DNA from: Catajapyx aquilonaris
Taxonomy: Eukaryota
Direction of reading: 5' to 3'
DNA length: 41,748 nt
Assembly: GCA_000934665.2 (NCBI GenBank)
Contig: KZ538897.1
Location: forward strand, 1-41,748
The notes under the pieces were generated by a model. That model saw only the letters and a program-made list of their open reading frames with translations, did not search any database and had not been told where the DNA came from. The translations under genes were made by a program, and so were the position numbers. Below, in pieces: positions 21,401-33,160 of the stretch (positions within the stretch are counted from its first letter, which is position 1; every line of letters begins with the position of its first letter).

Positions 21401-24400
21401 ACTTCATTTTTGCATCGTTGGTACTGAATATTACAGTAGTTGAATGCATGAATGTTTTATGGTGACACAAGGATGATGGTAAATTAAGTGAGATGGTACT
21501 GTAATATTGCGCATTGTGCTTCTTTTTGTGGTTAGCAGACCATTTTTGTGAGTGTTTTTGAAAGGCTTTGCAGCAGTGTTTAAAAATGTTGGGCTTTATG
21601 TGGACACAGGAACGTTATAACATTTCTCTTATATTATACTCATACCAGGCCTATGGACGCTTTTTTTTGTTAACTATTTCGCATTTTAGGATTTGCGGCA
21701 ATGTCGAGTTTAGGTATTGAGCAATTTGTAACTACGTAGTTCAATTCAGAGCAGGCAATCCTGCCGTGCTTTGTTGTGGTACTTACAATTAGTTTCAATG
21801 GTGCCATACTGGCTTGTCATTATTCACAATGACACTTAAAGCTATAGTTTTGCTCCTCTTGAATGAAATATCTTCAGAGTAAAATATTACCTAATTAGAG
21901 TGTGATTTGCTGTTGTAATTATCTATTAATTTATGTTTGTATGAGGATGGGAGTTATAGTAGTCATAAATGTATTAAATGGTAGACAGGAAGATATATAA
22001 TAATTCGGATACAGTTAACTAGCAAGTGAAACTGACTGTCCTTAAAATTAGCAAACTCGTTAGGATTTGCAGGTGAACTTTCTGAAGTTTTCAGGCGCTG
22101 ATAATTTACCGTAATTTGTACTCGCGGGCATTGGTTTTTGACTTTTGCCAGTGCTCATTAAAATTGCGCTACGCTTTTAAAAAATCAAGATAAATTGATT
22201 AACAGTGAGGACGTGCTCATTTTGCCCTTGCACAGGTTAAGTATACGGCTTCTTATTCTTGAATCTGCTGATATAGTGTTTAAAATGCTTTTCATGTGCG
22301 AAGAGAGAGCGAAAGTAAGCTATCGCTCATAGCTTTTAAAAAAAAAAAAAAATGCGCTACTATATGAATATTAATTCAGACCTTGAAGACGTTAATAATG
22401 AAGCGATCACGACATAAGCACCAGACAAAGCAAACCCTGTCTGAACTGCAATGGTGAAGATTAAGGCGAAATTTCGCGAAATTGAGGCCGCAATTTCAGT
22501 CCCGAGTCACGTATGGCAAAGAAACGAGTTGTTGTTTACAAAGATGGTAAGTGTCACTTTATTTTTATAACGCCTGAAACGGGTTGTAATATGTCAATAT
22601 TAGTAGTATAGTTTGATAAGTATCGCCATTCATGAGTCATCGGTGTATGTAGCAGTGATGTTGAATTTGAGGTGCTTTCATATATGATTTAACTCCTGGA
22701 AAAGAATGGAAATCAGAAGCCATCTTCTAGACCGCATCGATTGAGAGATGTGAGACACATTGCCTATCAAATGTTCCAGAACCATTCCAGTTCCTTTGGA
22801 AATAGAAACCTAAAGGTACCGCTACTGTAGAAAATTCCTGGAAGGCACTGTGTGATTGCATTTGAATCCGTTTGATCTTTGGATCGACATATTTTGTAGT
22901 GGCACGAACCACAGCCAAAAAGTAATATAATGGTAGTATTTATAATATCATGATAATAGCATTACTCGGTAGTTTTTTTTAAACAAAAGGCTTATTATTT
23001 ACTACAAAGAAAAAGAGTCCGTTTTTATATGTACAGTATATTCCAGTTACATACTGTAGAAGCATAACACATTACCCGCGGGGAATAGAATAGTAGACGT
23101 CAGATTTCAGTTTTGTTGTATCTAAATATTAACATGACATGTTAATTTTTCTAAAATTTGGTTTAAGCCTGGAAGAAACCCTGAAATTTTGGAAGCAGTC
23201 CGAATGAGATATCAACGTTATTATTTTCTTGCATATTTATGTATATCGAGCATGTTTGATGATATACAAGTACATTCAACTCTTGTGCGACATAAATAAT
23301 TATTTTGGGTGGTCCTATAGGAAGGTACCTTCCGAGGCCACATGAAATATTTGTCTTAGAATGCTTCGAAATGGGTCATGGCCCCCGTGTTGTATTAAAT
23401 ATAGTTTCTTTATGCTTTTTTCATAACATTTTCATTCGCTGACATTGTTGCGGTAGTAATCATCATGTCCGATTTTTTTTCTCTTTAGTAACCATTATAA
23501 TATACGGTATATGTTTCCGGACACTTTGCCTATCCAATGTGAACATCGCTTGAATATTTTGTTAATTATGGTAGGAAATTTTCTAAAAACTATTATGAAC
23601 ACCATTTGTGTGTACTTATCTCTAATGATTTGTGACATTCTAATTATGGCCAGCTTTCATAACTCAAATCGACTCGCACCGGAAACTGTCAATTTTTGTG
23701 CTTACAGAAAAATTACAATCATGAAAAACCACGGCAAATTTTAAGACTTTACCTCACTATAATTATAACTTAGACCCTTACAATCTTAACCTGCAGATTA
23801 GTTAGGGCCTGACTTTTTGGCCCGGAACATTTCTAGAACTCATTTCGGGCCTTCCTCAGGCAAGCGAAATGAGCCAGAAAATGGCAGATATGTTCTTTAT
23901 AAATAGGATTCTTCTACAGATCATGCCTAAGTATTCTATTCAACATTTAAAAAAATAGTAACTACGATAAAAATAAATAAATAACTACAAACAATCCAAC
24001 ATTCGGGTGTGGAGAAAACCATTCTACCACCCTGTAGGTGGTACAACAAAAGTCGTGACCTTCATCAAGTTTGAAAATCCTTATAACAAATCAAAGACAT
24101 GCAAAACACTCATTAAATAATATGAATTCCACATCTCTCCAGCAGCAGAATATGCTTAATTGGCTATTACATGTTACCATTAATGGAACCACATTCATGC
24201 ATACTTGACGCGACTAATTCCAAGACATCCCACAATATTTGCCTGAAAAGTTGTTGGCGGCACAGTAAGCCAACAATCTCAACTAACCAAAAATTTAATT
24301 CAAAAGGTTGTAAATAAGCACTCACCTGTAGGTTGACCTCTATTCCTAACCATAAAAAATTATTATAAAATATAACTCAAAAAGTTACACAAAAGTCATG

Positions 24401-24587
24401 AACACTGCCATCCTACATAAATACACCAAAATTCCTCAAAGTTCAACTCTAGTTTCAGAATGAAACATTTCCAATGAAACACCCAAATAAGCTCTTTAGA
24501 GTTAGCCAATCTTCTAGTAATCTGATCAAAACTTTGGGCAAGTAACGACCAGAAAAATTAGATTGATGTGACTGACACCTGCCTTAC

Positions 24588-24772
24588 CTCACTTGTTGAT
24601 CAAATGGGGAGATCCCACCTGTGGCTTGGATGGATGCTACTGCCTCTGGGCTAGAAAACCCTGATAATGTGATGACAAGAGGGGGTGGTCCAGTGATATG
24701 AAGGAAGGAGTGCAAGGGGGGATAGATAGATACTTTGGGGCTGATCGAATGCGCACTGGGCTGCTTTTGGCA
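24588..24772 (-). other. Putative non-coding first exon of the calcitonin gene
   Basis: ATG-free stretch starting about 30 nt below a TATA box and ending at donor GAG|GTAAGG (24587). The next clear minus-strand exon is 17702-17570. The TSS is approximate. Confidence 0.5.
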
Positions 24773-24795
24773 ACAGCCCTGCTGCTGGAACCCTC

Positions 24796-24802
24796 TTTTA
24801 TA
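24796..24802 (-). promoter_or_regulatory. TATA box (TATAAAA) of the putative calcitonin promoter
   Basis: Minus strand reads caTATAAAAgagg, preceded by a long C/T-rich tract. Confidence 0.55.
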
Positions 24803-27800
24803 TGTGCTCTGCACAGGTGGGAGGAGGGAGGAGGGAAGGAGGGGGAAGGGGGTGAAGGAGAGCGTGGAGGGGATGGGTGGGGGGGAAACCAGAGGGCAAA
24901 CTCTCTGGTTGCTGTCTTCCTACTTCGTCTATCTATATCTCAGGCCCACTCTTAGAGAGGATTTGGAAGGCAATGCAGGGTCAGCCATTTGACGGGCCCT
25001 CCAGGATTTTCTCCGGATTTCATTATATCGGCTCTACTAGATCTCTCTGGATCCTACCTCTCATTACATTGTATGGGTTGAGATTATGATCCTTCCTAGG
25101 CAAATAGACCTAATCCGGATGATAGACAGCTTGAATTGGTATCGCCGTGTCTCTTTTTTGCTTCGGATACTTTCAAATACTACGATCCGTCAAAGTCCGT
25201 CCTTTGACTTGAGGTTCTCTGCGGTACTGTATTGTCATAATTTGTACAAAGTTCTGCAGTACGAACGAGGGTAGGTTACAATGCGGACCTGTCTGAGTCT
25301 ATAATCATTCTCAATATATTTCACCTAATACTGTCAACGATGTTTGTTTGCATATCATTTGGAAGTTATCTCTCTCCCCACTGGGTGCGCCACCTCTCTG
25401 ACTACATCCCTGATTAGCCCCCCTCCCCACACACCTTCCACCACCTTCCGCTAGGAGGGTGCTCCACAAGCTGCCAGGTGGCGCTCCTGTACAGTTACTG
25501 CTCGCTACGGGTACCCGTACCCTTACCGCGTGCACCCACCACAAGCCCTGTTGATGCACCGTGTTTATTCGGCGTGATAGTAAATATTACAGCATGGCAC
25601 TCTCCTTGGACGCTCCTAATGTAGATTTTATGACTTACGTTTCTATTGTTGCTACTGTCAGCGTTGTAAAGCTTTATTGAAAAGTCTGTTTTTGTAGTAA
25701 GGAGGGAGAGTCTTTCCCTATATAATATTGTACACATGTTCCTGTGGGAAATTAATCAAATTAGTTACTGCATTACTTTTGCTGCAATACTTTCTAGCTA
25801 CAGCATGTTGGATTCAGTTAACAATGAAGACACAATTGTATCATATTAGTTACTGTACAACTTCCTTAAGGTGGCCTGACTCATCGACAACTGCTCACTG
25901 TATTGTGCCGCCAGCACATATAAATCCCTTCACGTGTGATATTTGGTTGCATAACCTGTTCCTTGTTACAATTCGCAAAGCATTAATTATTACAATTTGA
26001 AAACGGCACTAATTAGGAATCCTGCAATATGAGCATTCTACCTCGTACATTTCCTTTGATGCCATATGAATAAATATGAAACTTGCGAATAACTCTGAGT
26101 GCTCACAACTTTGTTCTCTTTGTCGTCTGTCATTTAGGCAGATTTTAAAGAAGATTTAATGAGCCATGTTTATAGGAGTTGCACCATTATCTGCAAGTCA
26201 CCGTGTAGAAACACTGTACATATTTTTTTTGAAGGCGTCTACTAACGATGGAAAATTTAGGTCATTCCTTTGCATACTTTTACTCGATGAAGTGAATTAC
26301 CGCAATAAATGAGGACGGAATTTACTGAATGCCCATAATTTGAGTGAAATAAATCCCTTCCCTTTAGTAGTTGAATTTCATTTACAATTCAGTTGTCCCT
26401 CACTCAGCCAACTTTACACGTGTCAGTTTACGATGCAACCAAAATGCAATTTATAGCCCACCATCGGGAAAACTATTTTCTGTTTAGACTGTCCTGGACA
26501 TGGCATGGCAAACATACGCAGTATTACGCAGCAGTAAATGGATGTACTGTTGAAACCGCATTTTAAAAATGAATATACTGGCAGAAGTAAAGTCGAGCAG
26601 GGTAGGCCAGTAATTGCAAAGGACGACTTTAAGCATAAAATGTGAAGGCCAAATTCTAGGCAGAGCTTGTTAGACCCAGCAACACAGCCTGGAGCAAATT
26701 TAGCTACGCCATCTATTTACTTAAGAAAAAAATGTATTATCCATAATAACTGCTGCGGTTCGCGGTGGTTGCCAGTAATTATGTCACCGGATTTCATTAT
26801 GGCTTTTTTTGCTACCTGTTATCCAATTACATGCCTGACGAATATTTGCGGCGGATAATATCGGACGGCAGTGTATTGGAATACACTTGGCCCAATTTAC
26901 TCCGCACCTGGTAAATACCATTACCTGCAACAATATTGGTCTTGCATCCCGTGAGGTTATTTTTTAGGACTTTTGACAAAGTGTTGGTCACTCAGCTTCA
27001 ACTTTTATATGGTACAGAAGTGTTATGGACAAAGTCTTGTCGTTCTAAATGAAGTTTCCAATATTTTTATTGTGACATCTCAAAATACGGTGGTAGTGCG
27101 CGATGTGACCTTTTTGAGGCAGACACTCTGGACAGGTGTTTCACGGTGCGATGTTTCTCTCTTGGAAACTCACACGTGTGCCAATAAATCGTTAAGTCTC
27201 GTCTCTACAGGCTTAACTTAGCCTATTTGGAACGAACGAAAAACTAGTCTACTGTGGACGTAACTGCTGAACACACACTGTACACAATATGTTTCATCTG
27301 GATCTTATTTCCAATATGACTAATTATGTGTATATTATGAATAGTTTTTAAATTGATGATTAGATGAAATGCTTAATAAGTGTCACCCTTGCAATGTGTG
27401 CCTAATGTTAAAAGTGTGTAACTCAAATAGCTTGTTGTATAATATTATTTTGTAGAGACGCTTGTGCTGTTCAGCTTTAAACAATGTTTAAATTTACAGA
27501 ATCACCTTGTACTATGTAATTTATTAATATTTTTATTTACAACTACTTTTTTAAATGGTCTGAATTATCTACTCCAAATATTATGATGGGCCATTTTCAA
27601 ATTGGAAGCTCGCTTAAATTTACACCCCAAAATAAAGGGCAAATGATAGAATCGATTTTGCCACATAGCAACGCAAATGCTCATAGTTGTTGGGACATGT
27701 ACAGCAAATGCATTGAGTAGTGGGCAACAGGGCGATCCTCTGGGAGGACTTGAAATGTGTAGCAGAAAGCGTAGAGGTAATCGATCACGCAATTCCCTTT

Positions 27801-30800
27801 GAGCTTGTCCCTTGATCAATGGGCCACCCACATCGGGGCCCCATTCAAGTAAGCTGACTTTTCTATTTCAAGTTGTCGGAATCGACGCCTTTGTTTGCCA
27901 CTGGGAATAAGATTTCTTTTCAATAACTTATGACCAAGTTCAGTAAGTGCAGATTAAGTTGCCCTTGACTGTAAAAGTTTGTAGAAAAATCGGTATAAAA
28001 AATATTGAATTTGCATGGTATGTATGAACCCCCCAAACACCTCTACGGTTGTACCAATAAGCAGACTGCATAATACGGTATGTGATACAGTATTTTGAGC
28101 CTGCAAATTATACAGCCTGGCGAACAAGGGTGAGGTTGCGTACAATTTAGGATAAATTTGTCATTTCCGTAAAATTCACTAATGGAGATGTGATTTAAAT
28201 TCTGAAACACGCGGTATCACTGGTTGCACTGGGTACGTCCAGCATAATTGTGGGTACACTGGTGTTGCAAGTTTTAAACCATTATTAGTTACCAAAGAAC
28301 GAGCTTATTGTTTAGATAGTGGTGTACTTTCCATGTTGGTTAGCCATGTATGCATGCAACTGAATTTATGTAGGCTACTGTACACTGAGCACCAAAGTTA
28401 TGAGCACATGTTTTTGACTGGACTCGATGCAGGTACTGTGGATCCTGGAAGCAAGGTGGGATTCGCCTTAACTTTTCCTATAGCTTAGTGGTTTTTGATA
28501 AAGCGGAAACTCGTCGATTAATGAACATTTTCACTATTATACTACATACCGCATATATTTCACTGTCGTGTGTTAATTTTAATGAGGCTTACTCATTTGC
28601 ATACATAAAATAGCAGGCCAGAAGTACATGTGAAGCAGGGAATTCCGGTTTATACTGTATATGGGCATGTAAATGCGAGCAAGTTTTTTTCACCCCAGGA
28701 TTCTAATCTTGCGTGAAACTTTTTAAAGGAAAATGTAATGTGAGAATAAGTAATTGGAAACAGTACTCACAACTCAGTGTTTGCAGAGAAAAGTCGGAAA
28801 GCTATTCGGCGCCTAGAAATTTTTTTTTGCACTTTTACTGCCACCACCACTGGAGTCTAACTTTATTTCTTGTTTGTAATTTGTTCAGATTTTATCTAGC
28901 TCTTGAAATATTATTAGTGCTTCTTACAAAACTGAATAAATGCCATAGAAAAGGTCGTTGCTACGTTATCATAATGCATTTTTGTCAGTGAATTTAACTC
29001 ATTTATTTTTAATATTACAATTTTTTTAAATAAGTACCCAGTAGAATGCCAAAATTTATCAGCGTATTACATGACTCGTTCTTCAAACTTAAAAAAAAAA
29101 TTAAAATTAAACCATAGCGGTTACATGCTCAGTCGGCTTTGTAGGCCACGACTCTCGACAAGTATCCGACAAGTGTTGCTTATACATAGACAGCTGATGT
29201 GCTTTTGACAGATGTAACCTAGTATAACCTCGATCGCTGTTTTCCTAATAACGACGCAAAATTCTTCGAAGCATGTCAAGTCAAGTAGTTCCGCAACGGT
29301 TGGGTGGCTACAGCGTATAAAGTAACCCATACTGTATAGATGAGAATTGATACACCTGCCTGCCTTCACCTCTTCTAGTGAACCTTCCTATTTACCTAGC
29401 GCTCTTGTTTTTTCCTGCGGAAGTCGCCTTTTTAAAAAGTGATTATCTCCTGTCTCCGTTTCCGATGGAAAACCCGCTGGAGTGCGGAGAAGGCAAGATG
29501 CCTGAAGTCTCTCTGGAGGAGCCTCTTCAATGAGAATTTGGGGTCGCCTTAAGTGGGTAGAAAACACAAATTCCCATTCAGATGTCTCGCAGGAAAGGCA
29601 CTCGTCAATTGCTACCGGAACCCTTCTTTGCTTGTAGACATGGAAAGAACCTACTTCGAGAAATACTTCAACCAGGAAGAGCTCAGAATCTGACGAGGCT
29701 TATCTTAGCCTTTGCTTCATCGATAATTGATTGATATGTCGCTGGTCTTGACGGCGGGTTGTCAGCGAGGGTCCTCTGCTAGTCCTAAACATTCAGATAT
29801 TTTTGCGTGGGTCGTTTTTCACTCGTACTGCTCCGTACTGGACTTTCAATAGGTGATGGAAAACGTGATAGGAATTGCCAGTGTTATAGTACCACACCAC
29901 AGTAATTGGCATTCTGTTAATAAGTTCCCACTACTTAAATTCAATATGCACCATGTTTGAGCTGATTTCGACGTAATGAGCAAACTACTTAGGATATAAC
30001 AAGTTTGTGTTTTGCATTAATGACAAGTCGAGTTGGAAACCACAACCACTGTTTCATTACCAGTGAAGGGGGTGACAAGTACACGTGTTGCGTGTAGGTA
30101 GGTACAGTCCCCTGACACTTTTCCCTCAATCCCCTCTCACCTAATGTAGAAGCGATCCAATTAATTCCCAGTGGCTAGAATTACCTGTGTTTTTAGACCG
30201 TAGGACACCAGATGGCCTCTGGACATATGCCCCAATCTATGTCGTCATAAATTCGCTATGTTCCATTAGCCTTCGTTTAGTGTCATCCACTGCGTTAATT
30301 CATTTACTCTGGGGTGTAGCGGAGGCAACTACTTTCATTAACCTTGTGCTATTTATGAACGTATGCAAGAAATGTTTGTACATCCTCTAGAAATCAGAGT
30401 GCTTGCCAGTTATATCAATATTGGACCTACATTGTTTATGTAACGTAATGGTCAAGATAGCCACATTCAATATCAAACAGGATTACTGCTGATAAATTTT
30501 TTATTATTTTGATACGCAAACCAACGCACGCAATAATGTAAGAAGGTGTGATTTACAGCTTCCACGTGTTTGCAACCTCTCAAGAATGTCTATATTGTTA
30601 TTTCGTATTTTTTATCGGCTGCTTAGGCGCATGTAAGGTGTACGGTCTTATCCTGATTACGTGGTAAGGTATCACAATGCTGTCGTGTAGAGTGCATGTG
30701 CAGAGGTTAAGGCCGGGTGGGAAGAGTTGAAAGGATTTTGGCTAGGTGCGTGCAAGGAAAATTCAATTAGAGTAATGACACCTTACGAGGCAGGAGGGAC

Positions 30801-31528
30801 CATGTGGAAGGCTGTTGAAGCCTGAAAGACGCCCTTTGGGGCTTCTCATATGAATGCCCGCCGCCAATCCGATGAGTACTTTCAACTTTTTTAGTGGTAC
30901 CCAATGACCACGTGCACGGCCAATTTCCTGTCCTGTTTAGAGCCCAAATGGCCACCTTTTATCACCGGACTGCCTTCATCTGCAAGATTTTTGCAACTTG
31001 GAAGGTGCAGGATTGTGGACATGTATGCATCACCCACCGCTTAGAGCCACCAATTTGGAGGATTTAGTATGGCATTACACCTACCACAAACTTCTTTTGA
31101 ATACTTGGCAGGGGGACGAGAAGTGATAAGAAATGATTTAATTGGGATTTTATTTCCTGCACCGACGCTCGTAGCGACGCCCACATTCATTATGGGAACT
31201 GGCCGTGTAAAAGCGCAATTAGAGTCACCTCTAAATGTCGCGTCCTGCTTGCGTGTTTGGGCTCTGAGTGTCGGATTAGAATGTCCCGAGTAGGAATAGC
31301 CGGATTTGGTTGTAGGTGATTGATATCGTCCCACGAACAAACCGCAAAAGGCTATACATCACAAGTGGGACAAATGAGTGCCGACAAATATTAAAGTGGA
31401 CAGTGTTGGATATTAATCGCGTCATACTGCTTGCGACATTTTCTGATGCGGCAGAAGTGCAAATCGAAGTGATAGAGTGTGAGCCGTGCGAGTAAGAAGA
31501 GGTAGGCCTTGAGTGACGTCACCGGCTG

Positions 31529-31550
31529 NNNNNNNNNNNNNNNNNNNNNN
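31529..31550. other. Assembly gap (22 N)
   Basis: N run next to a poly-C tract at the palindrome centre. Confidence 1.
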
Positions 31551-32242
31551 TTGGCCCCCCCCCCCAGTGACGTCACCCAAGGGCTACCATTTCTTACTCG
31601 CACGGCTCGCACTCTATCACTTCGACAGGGACCATATACTACATAAGAGGCGCAAACTTCTGTCGGCGCCTTTGATGTTCGCGTCTCTCTGCTCGGGGCT
31701 GGCGGCCATTTTGAAGTGTGGGGAACGCCAACCAGGTATAAATAGGGTACAGGCAAAAATATGGTCCGCCATCTTTGATGGTTTTGGCGGCCATGGCAAC
31801 TACATGGCAAGAACACGCGCGAATCAAAGATGGCGGACCCTATTTTTGCCTGTACCCTATTTATACCTCGTTGGCGTTCCCCACACTTCAAAATGGCCGC
31901 CAGCCTTGGCAATACCCCAAACAGAGAGACGCGGAAATCAAATGTTTTCGCCTCTTCATCAATCTAGTCTAATATATATAAAGCCCCAATCCGAGGAGGA
32001 GGAGGAGAATGAAAAAGATTTCGCACTTCCCGGCGTCGCAGAGACGTCGGACTTGCACCGTTGGATTTCTAGCCTCCGGTATACCGATGCCAAAAATGGA
32101 CCGTGACGTCACGGGTTCTGTAAACGGATGGATTACAGCGGAATACGGGCACCGCGCCGAAGGCGCGCAAGTGGGGCGCAGCTCCACGGGGGGGTCCGGG
32201 GGGGCGGAGCCCCACCGGCTCGCAAAGCGAGTCAAGTATATA

Positions 32243-32666
32243 CAGGGTGTATCTGAACTAAGTGCCCCGACGTATATGACTGCCTTCCTAGCCACCAGAG
32301 GATCGATTGAAGTGTAGGAGTCATTATGTCTGGCCGCCGCATTACTGAGATAAATGCCCGCAAACATGTAGTACAAAATATCCTGTCGGTTAGGCCACCC
32401 ATCGAACCCTCCCCCAGTCAGAAGGCTCTGGAAGGTCTGGGGGCCGGACTTTGTTGGTTTGTTGCCCACAGGTGGTAAGGCCTCTTTGGCTAGTTACACC
32501 AGAAAATTCTATTTAAAAGTCAGAAGGAGCTATTAGGCAAAAATCGCTAAAGAGTGTATCTCAGTAATGAGGCTGCCCAGACATAATGACTCCTCTACAT
32601 AAGTTGATCCTCTGGTGGCTAGGAAGGCAGTCATATACGTCGGGGCACTGATTCAGATACACCCTG
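32243..32666. mobile_element. Tc1/mariner-type MITE (424 bp)
   Basis: TIR CAGGGTGTATCTGAA...agtgccccgacgtatatgactgccttcctagccaccagaggatc is mirrored at the right end; TA on both sides. Confidence 0.9.
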
Positions 32667-33130
32667 TATAAAGCCCCAATACGAGGATATAGGATATAGG
32701 ATGGAAAAGATCTCCCACTTCCCGACGTCGTAGAGGGCTGGGAGTGGCCTTAAAATTGCTGCAAAAATCAAATGGGAATCGAAAAATCCTCAAAACTGCA
32801 AATTTCCCAGCCGTTTTCGAGCTATGGCCCAAAAACCAAATTTTAATTCCCGGCCGTGTCCAGATGTTCGTTAAGCCCGAGAACAATGGCCCACCCTCTC
32901 CTCTCCACCCGCTGTCACTCAAACCTGCCGTTGGAATGATACGTCACAGATGGTCCCACTTGTCATCCCAAGCGCTGTTTTGAACGATACGTCGAGAGGG
33001 CACGTTCGGAAACTCCTCATCTCTACCGGTGACGTCACTGATTTCTGTAACCGGATGGATTAGGCGGAATACGGGCACCGCGCCGAGGGCGCGCAGGTGG
33101 GGCGCAGCCCCACGGGGAGGTCCGGGGGGG

Positions 33131-33160
33131 NNNNNNNNNNNNNNNNNNNNNNNNNNNNNN
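33131..33160. other. Assembly gap (30 N)
   Basis: N run inside a poly-G tract. Confidence 1.

Noticed and set aside
29121..29700. Possible degraded LINE ORF1 zinc-knuckle region
   Set aside because: CCHC spacing is not recoverable and no reverse transcriptase remnant is seen nearby.
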